The position numbers were made by a program, and so were the translations under genes. From an uncultured Ectothiorhodospiraceae bacterium (GTDB taxonomy: Bacteria > Pseudomonadota > Gammaproteobacteria > HK1), in contig CAYFYD010000001.1 in NCBI GenBank assembly GCA_964347195.1, positions 1 to 32,310 of the forward strand: a stretch of DNA of 32,310 nucleotides. Reading direction: 5' to 3'. Each line of letters starts with the position of its first letter. Position 1 is the first letter of the stretch. The notes under the pieces are model-generated. The model was not told the DNA's origin. It was given only the letters and a program-made list of their open reading frames with translations, and ran no database searches. Shown here in pieces: positions 1 through 9,692 of this stretch.

Positions 1-65
1 CGGGAATGACGGGCTCGGATGCCCGGACGAGCGCCCGACATCGACTTCCGAATGTCCCTGCCGCT

Positions 66-1283
66 TCAGCGATACACCACTCCGACCGCCTGGCGGACGT
101 CGTCCAGAGTCTCCCGTGCGACATCGCGGGCCCGCTCGCAGCCCTCGGCGATGATGTTGCGCACGAGCTCGGGGTTGGCGAGGTACTCCTCGGCGCGGGT
201 ACGGATCGGCACCTGCTCGGCGAGCACCGAATCGATCACCGGCTTCTTGCAGTCCAGGCATCCGATGCCGGCGCTCCGGCACCCCTGCTCCACCCACTGC
301 CTCGTCTCTTCGCTCGAATAGATCCGATGGAGGTCCCAGACCGGGCAGCGGGTGGGCTCTCCGGGATCGCTGCGCCGGACCCGCGCCGGATCCGTGGGCA
401 TGGTGCGGAGCTTCCGGGTCACGGTTTCCGGGTCCGCGCGCAGCGTGATCACGTTCTCGTAGGACTTCGACATCTTCTGCCCGTCGAGGCCGGGCATCTT
501 CGCGGCCTCCGTCAGCAGCGCCTGGGGCTCGGGCAGAACGACCCTGCCTCCGCCTTCGAGATAACCGAAGAGGCGCTCGCCATCACCGAGCGTGATGTTC
601 TGCTGGTTCTCGAGCAAAGCCCGCGCCTTGTGGAGCGCTTCGTCGTCCCCCTGCTCCTGGTACTCCTTGCGCAGCCGGCGGTAGAGCTTCGCGTTCTTCC
701 GGCCGAGCTTGCGCACCGCCGATTCCGCCTTCTCCTCGAAGCCGGGTTCGCGGCCGAACACGTGGTTGAAGCGCCGGGCGACTTCCCTCGAGAGCTCGAT
801 GTGGGCGACCTGGTCCTCGCCCACCGGCACCAGACCCGCCTTGTAGGCGAGGATGTCCGCGCTCTGGAGCAGCGGATAGCCGAGAAAACCGTAGGTCGCG
901 AGATCGCGTCCCTTGAGCTTCTCCTGCTGGTCCTTGAAGCTCGGGACCCGCTCCAGCCAGCCGAGCGGCGTGATCATCGAGAGCAGGAGGTGCAGCTCGG
1001 CGTGCTCCGGGACCCGCGACTGGATGAAGAGTGTCGCGTCGCCGGGATCGATGCCCGAGGCCAGCCAGTCGATCACCATGTCCCACACGTTCTCGCCGAT
1101 GATCTGCGAGTCCCCGTAGTGGGTCGTGAGCGCGTGCCAGTCCGCGACGAAGAAGAAGCACTCGTACTCGTGCTGAAGCCGGACCCAGTTCTTCAGCACC
1201 CCGTGGTAGTGGCCGAGGTGGAGCTGTCCGGTGGGCCGCATGCCGGAGAGCACGCGCCGGTGGGAAGGGTGGAGCGGATCCAT
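66..1283 (-). CDS. trpS: Tryptophanyl-tRNA synthetase, long form with a C-terminal four-Cys (Fe-S type) motif
   Basis: 405-aa ORF. Class-I HIGH-type motif (GQLHLGHYHG) near the N-terminus and KMSKS (GQKMSKS). Overall TrpRS-like sequence. CPVWD...C-x6-C-x2-C motif near the C-terminus. Confidence 0.93.
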   Translation of the reverse strand: MDPLHPSHRRVLSGMRPTGQLHLGHYHGVLKNWVRLQHEYECFFFVADWHALTTHYGDSQIIGENVWDMVIDWLASGIDPGDATLFIQSRVPEHAELHLLLSMITPLGWLERVPSFKDQQEKLKGRDLATYGFLGYPLLQSADILAYKAGLVPVGEDQVAHIELSREVARRFNHVFGREPGFEEKAESAVRKLGRKNAKLYRRLRKEYQEQGDDEALHKARALLENQQNITLGDGERLFGYLEGGGRVVLPEPQALLTEAAKMPGLDGQKMSKSYENVITLRADPETVTRKLRTMPTDPARVRRSDPGEPTRCPVWDLHRIYSSEETRQWVEQGCRSAGIGCLDCKKPVIDSVLAEQVPIRTRAEEYLANPELVRNIIAEGCERARDVARETLDDVRQAVGVVYR

Positions 1284-1435
1284 GGGTCAGGCCGCGGCCG
1301 GCCCGGAGCGCGACACGGCGGTGCCGGCAAACCTCCGTTTCGATCGAACCCGCATTCTAACCCGCATCCGGCGCCGCAACGCGAGGGTCGGGGTCCGTCG
1401 CCCACCGCGCGCGCCGCCGGACGCCGCCCCGATCC

Positions 1436-2056
1436 TCACGCGAGACCGTCCAGGGGACCCAGACCCTCGCGAAGCACCGACGGCGCCCCGCCGGTGAGGT
1501 CGATCACGGTGGTGGGATGGTGTCCGCAGTGCCCGCCGTCGATGACGAGGTCGACCTCGTGCTGCAGGCGCTCGCGCATCGTCTCCGGCTCGCCGAGGGG
1601 CACGTCGTCCCCCGGCAGCATCAGAGTCGAGCTCATCAACGGCTCTCCGAGGCCTTCGAGCAGGCGCGCGGCGACCCGGTGGTCGGGCATCCGCAGGCCG
1701 ATGGTGCGGCGGCGCGGGTGCTGCAGGCGCCGGGGGACCTCGCGGGTCGCGGGGAGGATGAAGGTGTAGGGCCCCGGCGTCAGCGACTTGATGAGCCGGA
1801 ACGCCGAGTTGTCGACCCTGGCGTAGGTGGCGAGCTCGGAGAGGTCGCCGCACAGGAGCGTGAAGTTGTGGTCGCCGTCGAGGCGCCGGATGCGCCGCAT
1901 GCGCTCCATCGCCCCCTTGTTGCCGATGCAGCAGCCGAGCGCATAGCACGAATCGGTCGGATACACGATGAGTCCGCCCGTGCGCAGGATGGCCACCGCC
2001 TGCGCGAGCAGCCGTCGCTGCGGGTTGCTCGGATGCACGACGAAGAGCTGGCTCAC
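1436..2056 (-). CDS. yciO: YciO/TsaC-family (Sua5/YrdC domain) protein
   Basis: Collinear with E. coli YciO as I recall it (SQLFVVHPSNPQRRL..., VYPTDSCYALGC, PTTVIDLT). I trimmed the 269-aa ORF to an internal GTG at 2056. This gives 206 aa, the same length as E. coli YciO. The upstream 63 aa are low-complexity. Confidence 0.85.
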   Translation of the reverse strand: MSQLFVVHPSNPQRRLLAQAVAILRTGGLIVYPTDSCYALGCCIGNKGAMERMRRIRRLDGDHNFTLLCGDLSELATYARVDNSAFRLIKSLTPGPYTFILPATREVPRRLQHPRRRTIGLRMPDHRVAARLLEGLGEPLMSSTLMLPGDDVPLGEPETMRERLQHEVDLVIDGGHCGHHPTTVIDLTGGAPSVLREGLGPLDGLA

Positions 2057-2346
2057 GCTCGGGTCGGAGGGCGGCGAAAGGGGCGCGAGTATAGCTCGCG
2101 TTCGCCGCGGGAAGCGCCAAGCCCTCGGGCAGTGCCGGAGCCCTCCCTCACTACCAGGACCCTTCACGAGTCGAGTTGCGGGGTTCGAAATACTGGAATC
2201 CCTATCGGTCAACGAATCCCGAGACTCGGAGTCCGAAGCCGTCATGGCGACTTTCGAGGAGCCGGCCCTCGCTACGAAGCTCGATGAGAAATGCAGACTT
2301 TCCGTTAGACTGGACCGACGATTCCGCCAGGACCCCTCCGGCGCGC

Positions 2347-2904
2347 ATGAAGCTGCTCATCGACTTCTTCCCCATTCTCCTGTTCTTCATCACCTTCAAG
2401 CTCTTCGAAGACCAGCAGGAGGGGATCCTCGCCGCCACCGCGGTGATCATCGTCGCCACCGGCGTCCAGGTCGCGATCACCTGGGCGATGAAGCGCCGGG
2501 TCGAGAAGATGCACCTCATCACCCTGGCCCTGGTCGTGGTCTTCGGCGGCGCTACCCTCCTGCTCGAGGACGAGATGTTCATCAAGTGGAAGCCGAGCGT
2601 CGTCAACTGGCTCTTCGCGCTCGCCTTCCTCGGCAGCCATTTCTTCGGTGAGCGCAATCTGGTGGCACGGGGGATGGGGTCCAGCCTCCGCCTGCCGGCC
2701 GCGGTGTGGGCGAGGCTGAACTTCGCATGGGTGCTCTTCTTTCTCTCGATGGGCCTCCTCAACCTCTACGTGGTGTATCGCTTCGATACCGACACCTGGG
2801 TGAACTTCAAGCTCTTCGGCCTGATGGGCCTCACGCTGCTCTTCGTCCTGGGGCAGGCCCTGTACCTCGCCCGTCACCTCGGAGAGGAGGGCGCGGAGGA
2901 GTAG
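2347..2904 (+). CDS. yciB: Intracellular septation protein A (YciB/IspZ), inner-membrane protein
   Basis: MKLLIDFFPILLFFITFK... is the typical YciB N-terminus. The protein has multiple hydrophobic helices. Start trimmed to the ATG at 2347 (185 aa). The upstream part of the ORF lies in the divergent intergenic region. Confidence 0.85.
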   Translation: MKLLIDFFPILLFFITFKLFEDQQEGILAATAVIIVATGVQVAITWAMKRRVEKMHLITLALVVVFGGATLLLEDEMFIKWKPSVVNWLFALAFLGSHFFGERNLVARGMGSSLRLPAAVWARLNFAWVLFFLSMGLLNLYVVYRFDTDTWVNFKLFGLMGLTLLFVLGQALYLARHLGEEGAEE

Positions 2905-2944
2905 CCGCGCGCCCGGTCGGCCGGCGCGGTCCATCCGCGGCGGG

Positions 2945-3012
2945 GGCGGAAGCTCGTCCCCGACCCCGATCGGGGGCGGGGATCCATGGGCGCCAACCGA
3001 ACACGGGTACAC
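2945..3012. repeat. Partial (right-half) copy of the palindromic repeat family also found at ~17118-17330 and ~19407-19565
   Basis: The string gcggaagcTCgtccccgaccccgatcgggggcggggatccatgGgcgCCaaccgaacacgg matches 19503-19563 almost base for base. It contains the 12-nt perfect palindrome ccccgatcgggg. Confidence 0.6.
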
Positions 3013-3025
3013 TCGCCCGCCGCTC

Positions 3026-3062
3026 CCGGCCCGGCCTCCCTTCGAAGCGAGAGGGCCGGGCG
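3026..3062. terminator. GC-rich hairpin between convergent yciB and aceA (possible bidirectional terminator)
   Basis: cccggcctc ... gagggccggg can pair as about 9 bp with one bulge and a ~12-nt loop. There is no clear U-tract on either strand. Confidence 0.3.
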
Positions 3063-3071
3063 TCGCTGCGC

Positions 3072-4379
3072 TCAGACGGTGACGGGCTCGTGGTGGCCTG
3101 CGTCCTCGAACTGCTCCTCCTCGGTGGACCCCGAGAGCGCGGTGATGGAGCTCGAGCCGCCGGTGACGACCCGGGTCACCTCGTCGAAGTATCCCGCCCC
3201 GACCTCGCGCTGGTGCTTGTGAGCGGTGTAGCCGCGCGTCTCGGCGGCGAACTCCGCCTCCTGGAGCGCGACGTAGGCGCTCATCGCGCGCTCACGGTAG
3301 CCGCTCGCGAGCTCGAACATTCCGTAGTTGAGCGAGTGGAACCCGGCCAGGGTGATGAACTGGTAGCGGTAGCCCAGGTCCGCGAGATCGTCCTGGAACC
3401 GGGCGATCGCGGCGTCGCCGAGCTTCGCCTTCCAGTTGAAGGAGGGCGAGCAGTTGTAGGCGAGCCACTTGCCCGGGAAGCGCGCGTGGATGGCTTGGGC
3501 GAACTCCCGCGCCTCCCCGAGATCGGGGGTGGAGGTCTCGCACCACAGCAGATCCGCGTAGGGCGCGTACGCGAGCCCCCGGGAGACCGCCTGCTCCATT
3601 CCGCAACGCACCCGGTAGAAGCCCTCCGTCGTGCGGCCGCCGGTCGCGAAGCGCTGGTCGCGCGGATCGACGTCGCTCGTGAGCAATCTCGCGGCGAGGG
3701 CATCGGTGCGCGCGACGAGGACCGTCGGCACCCCGCACAGGTCCGCCGCGAGCCGCGCCGCGATCAGCTTCTGCACCGACTCCCGGGTGGGGAGCAGGAC
3801 CTTGCCGCCCATGTGCCCGCACTTCTTCGCCGAGGAGAGCTGGTCCTCGAAGTGCACGCCGGCCGCGCCCGCGTCGATCATGTCCTTCATCAGCTCGAAG
3901 GCGTTGAGGACGCCGCCGAAACCCGCTTCCGCGTCCGCCACGATGGGAAGAAACCAGTCGATGCCGTCGTCGCCTTCGGCATGGTGGATCTGATCCGCAC
4001 GTGCGAGCGCGCCGTTTATCCGGCGGATGAGGTCGGGGGCGCTGTCGGCCGGATAGAGGCTCTGGTCCGGGTACATCTGACCGGCGTTGTTTGCGTCGGC
4101 CGCCACTTGCCACCCCGAGAGATAGATGGACTGAAGCCCCGCCCTGGCCATCTGGACGGCCTGGTTCCCGGTCACCGCCCCGAGCGCACGCACGCAGCGC
4201 CGGCGCTGCATCAGGTCCCAGAGCTTCTCCGCACCGCGACGGGCGAGGCTGTACTCGATGGGTACCGAGCCACGGAGCCGGACTACGTCGGCGGCCCGGT
4301 AGCCTCTCCGCACCCCCCGCCAGCGGGGACTCTCGCGCCACGCCCGCTCCACATCCCGCACCTCGATATCGGCATTCAT
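3072..4379 (-). CDS. aceA: Isocitrate lyase
   Basis: KKCGHMGGK catalytic motif and full-length similarity to AceA. Start trimmed to the ATG at 4379 (MNADIEV...), giving 435 aa. Confidence 0.93.
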   Translation of the reverse strand: MNADIEVRDVERAWRESPRWRGVRRGYRAADVVRLRGSVPIEYSLARRGAEKLWDLMQRRRCVRALGAVTGNQAVQMARAGLQSIYLSGWQVAADANNAGQMYPDQSLYPADSAPDLIRRINGALARADQIHHAEGDDGIDWFLPIVADAEAGFGGVLNAFELMKDMIDAGAAGVHFEDQLSSAKKCGHMGGKVLLPTRESVQKLIAARLAADLCGVPTVLVARTDALAARLLTSDVDPRDQRFATGGRTTEGFYRVRCGMEQAVSRGLAYAPYADLLWCETSTPDLGEAREFAQAIHARFPGKWLAYNCSPSFNWKAKLGDAAIARFQDDLADLGYRYQFITLAGFHSLNYGMFELASGYRERAMSAYVALQEAEFAAETRGYTAHKHQREVGAGYFDEVTRVVTGGSSSITALSGSTEEEQFEDAGHHEPVTV

Positions 4380-4537
4380 CGGACTCTCCCGGACGGCCGT
4401 CCCGTTCGAACCGTGCCGGCACGGGACGCCGCGGCGGCACGGGTACATACCGAATGCTAGGCGGAAAAAAACATTTGACAATGCAATCTACCAAATGTTC
4501 ACTATTTGAAATGTCAATGTAAAGGCGCTGCCTCCCG
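4380..4537. promoter_or_regulatory. Divergent aceA / LysR-regulator control region
   Basis: A sharply AT-rich stretch (~4465-4522) in an otherwise GC-rich window. It holds an 8-bp inverted repeat, AACATTTG (4470-4477) N14 CAAATGTT (4492-4499). TTGACA hexamers occur on both strands (4475-4480 on + and 4512-4517 on -). Confidence 0.5.
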
Positions 4538-5575
4538 ATGTCCGCGGAGCCTCCCCGCTTCTACTACAAACAGAGCCGCCTCAAGCAGTTGCGGGCCTTC
4601 TGCCACGCCGCCCAGGCGAACAGCATCTCCCGCGCAGCCGAGCGTCTGTCCCTGAGCCAGCCCACCGTCTCCCTGCAGGTGCGGGCGCTCGAGGACGAGC
4701 TCGCGGTGACGCTCTTCGAGCGCAAGGGTCCCCGCATCTCCCTGACGCCGGAGGGCGAGGTGCTCTACCAGCTCGCGGTGCCGCTGGTGGAGGGCATCGA
4801 CAACCTCGGCGACGCCTTCGCCGAGCGCCTCGGTCAGGTCGCCTCGGGAGAGCTCGACATCGCGGCGGGGGAGTCGACCATCCTCTACATTCTCCCACGT
4901 TTCATGAAACGCTTTGCCTCGCAGTACCCGGGGATCCGTGTGCGCCTGCACAACGTCACCGGCCGGGACGGCCTCGCCCAGATCCGCGCCGACGAAGTGG
5001 ACTTCGCGGTCGGCTCGATGCTCGATCTTCCCGCCGACATCGAGTACCGCCCCACCTTTTCCTACGACACGGTCCTGATCACCGCCAAGTCCCACCCGCT
5101 CGCTTCCCAGGAACGGCCGAGCCTGAGCGCCATCGGAGCCTACGGCCTGATCCTGCCTCCGCGGCACCTGAGCACCTGGCACGTGGTCGATCTGGTCTTC
5201 CAGCAGCACGGCGTCCCCTTCCAGGTGACCCTCGAAGCGGGAGGATGGGAGGTGATCAAGCGCTACGTGGAGCTCAACCTCGGCATCTCCATCGTCTCGG
5301 GGCTGTGCATCACGGGCCGGGAGAAGCTGGCGGTGAAGCCCTTGAGCCGGTACTTCCCCAAGCGCACCTACGGGGTGGTGCTGCGCCGGGGCAAGTTCCT
5401 GTCTCCCGCCGCCAAGCGTTTCATCCGCATGATGGACCCCGCGTGCTTCGCGGGCGACGACCCCGAGCAGACCGGGCCGCAAGACCCGCCTCGTCCGGCA
5501 TCCCGCCCGGCCCACCGCATCGACGCCCGGCCGGGGGGTTCTCGAGCGGCGAATTCTCGAACAGGGGATTCTTGA
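4538..5575 (+). CDS. LysR-family transcriptional regulator, with a ~45-aa Pro/Arg-rich C-terminal tail
   Basis: N-terminal wHTH ([41 protein letters not shown]) followed by a LysR substrate-binding domain. The gene is divergent from aceA. Confidence 0.85.
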   Translation: MSAEPPRFYYKQSRLKQLRAFCHAAQANSISRAAERLSLSQPTVSLQVRALEDELAVTLFERKGPRISLTPEGEVLYQLAVPLVEGIDNLGDAFAERLGQVASGELDIAAGESTILYILPRFMKRFASQYPGIRVRLHNVTGRDGLAQIRADEVDFAVGSMLDLPADIEYRPTFSYDTVLITAKSHPLASQERPSLSAIGAYGLILPPRHLSTWHVVDLVFQQHGVPFQVTLEAGGWEVIKRYVELNLGISIVSGLCITGREKLAVKPLSRYFPKRTYGVVLRRGKFLSPAAKRFIRMMDPACFAGDDPEQTGPQDPPRPASRPAHRIDARPGGSRAANSRTGDS

Positions 5576-5604
5576 TGGGGCTTCCTGGGCTAGAATCCCG
5601 CGCC

Positions 5605-5925
5605 ATGGCCCGTCGACCCGAACAGGAACCCGACCACGGCCTGGCGGTCAAGGAAGCCGAGCCCCGGCTGAAGCGCCCGCCCCTCTACAATGTCGTACTG
5701 CTGAACGATGACTTCACCCCCATGGAATTCGTGGTGCACGTGCTCGAGTGCTTCTTCGGGCTGGACCGCGAGAACGCGGTGCGGGTGATGCTGCACGTTC
5801 ATACCCGGGGCAAGGGCGTGTGCGGGTGTTTCTCCCGCGAGATCGCGGAAACCAAGGTCGAACAGGTCAACGACTACTCGCGAGAGAACCAGCACCCGCT
5901 GCTCTGCACCATGGAGAAGGCCTGA
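5605..5925 (+). CDS. clpS: ATP-dependent Clp protease adaptor ClpS
   Basis: 106 aa from the ATG at 5605. [23 protein letters not shown]...[13 protein letters not shown] aligns with E. coli ClpS along its whole length. Confidence 0.9.
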   Translation: MARRPEQEPDHGLAVKEAEPRLKRPPLYNVVLLNDDFTPMEFVVHVLECFFGLDRENAVRVMLHVHTRGKGVCGCFSREIAETKVEQVNDYSRENQHPLLCTMEKA

Positions 5926-5948
5926 GGCCGCACCTCACGGTAAGCACG

Positions 5949-8228
5949 ATGCTGAGTAAGGAGCTCGAGTTCACGTTGAACATGGCCTTTCGCGAGGCCC
6001 GCGAGAAGCGCCACGAGTTCATGACCGTCGAGCACCTGCTGCTCGCACTGCTGGACAACCCGGCCGCGAGCAAGGTGCTGAAGGCCTGCGGGGCGGGCAT
6101 GGACAAGCTGCGCGGGGAGCTCACCGCGTACATCGAGGAGAGCACCCCGATGCTCACGCCGAAGGACGAGCGCGAGACCCAGCCCACGCTGGGATTCCAG
6201 CGCGTCCTCCAGCGCGCGGTGTTCCACGTCCAGAGCTCGGGCAAGAAAGAGGTCAACGGCGCCAATGTACTGGTGGCGATATTCGGAGAGCGGGAGTCGC
6301 AGGCGGTCTACTTCCTGGGGCGCCAGAGCATCACCCGCCTCGACGTCGTCAACTACATCTCCCACGGCATATCGAAGGTCCACGACAACGAGGAGGGCGA
6401 CGCCTACACCCCCGGCGCCGAGGAGGAGAAGCCGGCCGAGCAGTCCGCCCGATCGCCGCTCGAGGCCTACACCGTCAACCTCAACGAGCAGGCCCTCCTC
6501 GGCAAGGTGGACCCTCTGATCGGACGGCGTGCGGAGGTGCAGCGCACCATCCAGATCCTCTGCCGGCGGCGCAAGAACAACCCGCTCTACGTCGGCGAGG
6601 CCGGGGTGGGCAAGACCGCGATCGCGGAAGGGCTGGCCAAGATGATCGTCGAGGGCGAGGTGCCGGAAGTCCTCGGCGAGAGCACCCTCCATGCCCTCGA
6701 CCTCGGCGCCCTCCTCGCCGGCACCAAGTACCGGGGCGACTTCGAGAAACGGCTCAAGGGCGTGCTCGCCCAGTTGGACAAGGAACGGGGCGCCATCCTG
6801 TTCATCGACGAGATCCACACCATCATCGGCGCGGGCGCCGCTTCCGGGGGGGTGATGGACGCCTCCAACCTCATCAAGCCGATGCTCGCATCGGGCGAGC
6901 TGCGCTGCATCGGCTCCACCACCTACCACGAGTACCGCGGCATCTTCGAGAAGGACCGGGCGCTGTCGCGTCGCTTCCAGAAGATCGACATCACCGAGCC
7001 GAGCATCGAGGAAGCGGTCAAGATTCTGAACGGGCTCAAGTCGCGCTTCGAGGAGCACCATCAGATCCGGTACTCGCGCCAGGCGATGCGGGTCGCGGTG
7101 GAGCTCTCGCACCGCTACATCCACGATCGCTACCTCCCCGACAAGGCGATCGACGTCATCGACGAAGCGGGCGCCTCTCAGAAGCTGCTGCCGCCTTCGA
7201 AGCGCCGCAAGACGGTCGGGGTGTCGGAGGTCGAGGGCGTGGTCGCGAAGATGGCGAGGATCCCGCCGAAGACCGTCTCCTCCAACGACAAGGACATGCT
7301 GAGGACGCTCGAGCGCGATCTGAAGATGGTGGTGTACGGCCAGGACGAGGCCATCGACACCCTCGGCGCCGCGATCAAGATGGCGCGCTCCGGCTTGCGG
7401 GAGCCCGAGCGCCCCATCGGTTCGTACCTCTTCGCAGGGCCCACCGGGGTGGGCAAGACCGAAGTGACGCGCCAGCTCGCCCGGCTCATGGGGGTGGAGC
7501 TGGTGCGCTTCGACATGTCGGAGTACATGGAGCGGCACACCGTCTCGCGCCTCATCGGCGCGCCTCCCGGCTACGTCGGCTTCGACCAGGGCGGCCTGCT
7601 GACGGAGGCGATCGTCAAGCATCCCCACTCCGTGCTGCTGCTCGACGAGATCGAGAAAGCCCACCCCGACGTCTTCAACCTGCTCCTGCAGGTCATGGAC
7701 CACGGCACCCTGACCGACAACAACGGGCGCAAGGCCGATTTCCGCAACGTCATGCTGATCATGACGACCAACGCCGGGGCCGAGCAGATGAACCGGGCCT
7801 CGATCGGTTTCACCCGGCAGGACCACTCCGGCGATTCGCTGGCGGTGATCAAGCGCCTCTTCACCCCCGAGTTCCGCAACCGGCTGGACGCGGTGGTGCA
7901 GTTCGCCGCCCTCGACGAGGAGGTCATCGCCCACGTCGTCGACAAGTTCATCATCGAGCTCGAAGGGCAGCTCGAGGACAAGCGGGTGACCCTGGAGGCG
8001 GACGAGGCGGCCCGCGCCTGGCTCGCACGGAACGGGTTCGACCGGCTCATGGGCGCGCGCCCCATGGCCCGGGTCATCCAGGAGCACATCAAGCGCCCGC
8101 TCGCCGAGGAGCTGCTCTTCGGCCGGCTGGAAGAAGGCGGGCACGTCCGGATCTCGGTCGCGGACGACGCGCTGTGCTTCGAGTTCGAGGCCGCCGCCTC
8201 GAAGGACCGTGTCGAGGAGTCCGGCTGA
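5949..8228 (+). CDS. clpA: ATP-dependent Clp protease ATP-binding subunit ClpA
   Basis: 759 aa from the ATG at 5949 ([14 protein letters not shown]...). Two AAA+ modules with Walker A motifs GEAGVGKT and GPTGVGKT. Lies immediately downstream of clpS. Confidence 0.95.
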   Translation: MLSKELEFTLNMAFREAREKRHEFMTVEHLLLALLDNPAASKVLKACGAGMDKLRGELTAYIEESTPMLTPKDERETQPTLGFQRVLQRAVFHVQSSGKKEVNGANVLVAIFGERESQAVYFLGRQSITRLDVVNYISHGISKVHDNEEGDAYTPGAEEEKPAEQSARSPLEAYTVNLNEQALLGKVDPLIGRRAEVQRTIQILCRRRKNNPLYVGEAGVGKTAIAEGLAKMIVEGEVPEVLGESTLHALDLGALLAGTKYRGDFEKRLKGVLAQLDKERGAILFIDEIHTIIGAGAASGGVMDASNLIKPMLASGELRCIGSTTYHEYRGIFEKDRALSRRFQKIDITEPSIEEAVKILNGLKSRFEEHHQIRYSRQAMRVAVELSHRYIHDRYLPDKAIDVIDEAGASQKLLPPSKRRKTVGVSEVEGVVAKMARIPPKTVSSNDKDMLRTLERDLKMVVYGQDEAIDTLGAAIKMARSGLREPERPIGSYLFAGPTGVGKTEVTRQLARLMGVELVRFDMSEYMERHTVSRLIGAPPGYVGFDQGGLLTEAIVKHPHSVLLLDEIEKAHPDVFNLLLQVMDHGTLTDNNGRKADFRNVMLIMTTNAGAEQMNRASIGFTRQDHSGDSLAVIKRLFTPEFRNRLDAVVQFAALDEEVIAHVVDKFIIELEGQLEDKRVTLEADEAARAWLARNGFDRLMGARPMARVIQEHIKRPLAEELLFGRLEEGGHVRISVADDALCFEFEAAASKDRVEESG

Positions 8229-8316
8229 AGCCCGCATCCCCCGCCGGATCGCGAGTGCCGAGCCCGAGACCCGACTGCAGCGCCCTCCGCGAGCAGCACC
8301 GGAGCATTCCCCACCC

Positions 8317-8976
8317 TTGACGACGCTCCTGCGGCATTCCTCGCGGGCACTGCGCGCCGGGGGTCGCGGGTGCGCCCTCGCGCTGCTCCTCGCCCTCTGG
8401 TCGGGCCTCCCCGCGGCGGGGTTCGCCCAGACCCTCCCGAGCGCGGCCGGCTACGCTTCGCAGCTCCCGCCGGCGGGGCCGGCCCGGGTGCTGACCCGCG
8501 GCATGGACCGTCTCACCGGATTCCTGATCGGGGTGCGCGACCCGACCCCGGAGGCGGTCACCGCATTCCTCGCCGGCGAGCTCGCGCCGCATGTCGACTT
8601 CGCCTACATGGCGGCCTGGGCCGCCGGCCGATACCACCACCGGCTCGATGCGGAGCAGCGCGCCCGGCTCGCAGGAAGGCTGGAACAGCGCTTTCTCGGC
8701 GCCCTCGCCCGCAACCTCGGCAGCTTCAGCCAGCCCCGGCCGCGTATCGACATCTACCGGCCGCGCCCCGGGCGGAGCGCGGGGGAGACCGTGGTGCCCG
8801 CGCGGGTGATCTTCGCCTCCGGCCTCGCGGGGCGTCTCGACTTCCGCTTCTACTGGTCGGGCTCCGCGTGGCGCATCTTCGACGTCGCCGCCAACGGCGC
8901 GAGCGCCCTCGCCTACTACCGGCGCTACTTCGCGGACGTCCTGAAGCGCCTCGAACCCGATGAGCGGGTCGAATGA
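8317..8976 (+). CDS. MlaC/Ttg2D-family periplasmic lipid-binding protein (tentative)
   Basis: Signal-peptide-like segment (ALALLLALWSGLPAAGFAQT). The pattern ...ELAPHVDFAYMAAWAAGRYH...RLDFRFYWSGSAWRIFDVAANGASAL... parallels E. coli MlaC. The start is uncertain. TTG at 8317 is proposed. The ATG at 8209 would overlap clpA and add about 50 aa before the signal peptide. Confidence 0.55.
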   Translation: MTTLLRHSSRALRAGGRGCALALLLALWSGLPAAGFAQTLPSAAGYASQLPPAGPARVLTRGMDRLTGFLIGVRDPTPEAVTAFLAGELAPHVDFAYMAAWAAGRYHHRLDAEQRARLAGRLEQRFLGALARNLGSFSQPRPRIDIYRPRPGRSAGETVVPARVIFASGLAGRLDFRFYWSGSAWRIFDVAANGASALAYYRRYFADVLKRLEPDERVE

Positions 8977-9328
8977 GCTGAGGGCATCGTCTCGGGTCCT
9001 GCGCAAGCCATCGATCCCGGCGCGACGGCGTGGGGGCGCGGGGCGATGGAGCCGGACGACCCCGACACGGCGTCCACGTGTACCGGCCGCTGCGCCACGG
9101 CGAGCGGACGCTGATCGCGGAAGCGTTCGACGTGCCTTGGCTGTCGGCCGGCCTGGAAGAGCCGGCGCGTCGTGCCATGGTCGCAGACCCTTCGCGCGAG
9201 AGCCGGATTTCGGGGCGACCGGCGTGACCTGCGGACTGAGCGAAGTGCTGGCGCGGGCGGGGCCATCGGACTGATGGAGGGGACGCATCGGTGGCTCTCC
9301 GGACATTCGCCCCTGACGGACGGCAGTC

Positions 9329-9692
9329 ATGCTGAAGCGGCTCGAGCTCCGCAACTTCAAGAGCTGGCGAGCGGCGGAGGTCGACTTCGGCCGGATCACC
9401 GGGCTGTTCGGCGTGAACTCGTCGGGGAAATCGAGCCTTGCGCAGTTCCTGCTGCTCCTGAAGCAGACCCGGGAGACCGCCGGGCGCGCCACTACGCTGG
9501 AGCTCAACGGCCGCTTCGTCCAGCTCGGCAACGCGGCCGACGTCGTCCACGCGCATGACGAGAGTCGCACGATGACTGGACGAATTCGGCAACATCGGGA
9601 GCTGGCCGGACCGGTTCATGGGAGATGCCTTCACGGAGACCGCCGAAGCGGAGCTCGCGCGCCTCGGAAGGATGAAGGGCGCCGCCCGATGA
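9329..9692 (+). pseudogene. Internally deleted ABC/SMC-type AAA ATPase (N-terminal ~80 aa plus C-terminal ~38 aa in another frame)
   Basis: MLKRLELRNFKSW...GLFGVNSSGKSSLAQFLLLLKQT is a canonical N-terminus with Walker A. Recognisable sequence stops after about residue 80. A different frame then reads LDEFGNIGSWPDRFMGDAFTETAEAELARLGRMKGAAR-stop, which looks like the C-terminal tail of the same ATPase type. No Walker B, signature or H-loop lies between the two pieces. Confidence 0.55.

Noticed and set aside
2150-2250. tRNA-like string ggggttcgaaat in the yciO/yciB divergent region
   Set aside because: It resembles a T-loop, but the flanking bases cannot form a T-stem and no acceptor or anticodon arms could be drawn. 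It is not a tRNA.
2176-2346. N-terminal extensions of ORF-track entries (yciB 2176, yciO 2245, aceA 4481, clpS 5245, clpA 5748, csiV 17095, dxs 19543, SBP 21915, aminotransferase 24717, hyuA 26210, TPR 13620, methyltransferase 32277)
   Set aside because: Homology to the known families begins at internal start codons that have better RBS context. The extensions are low-complexity and cross intergenic or repeat sequence.
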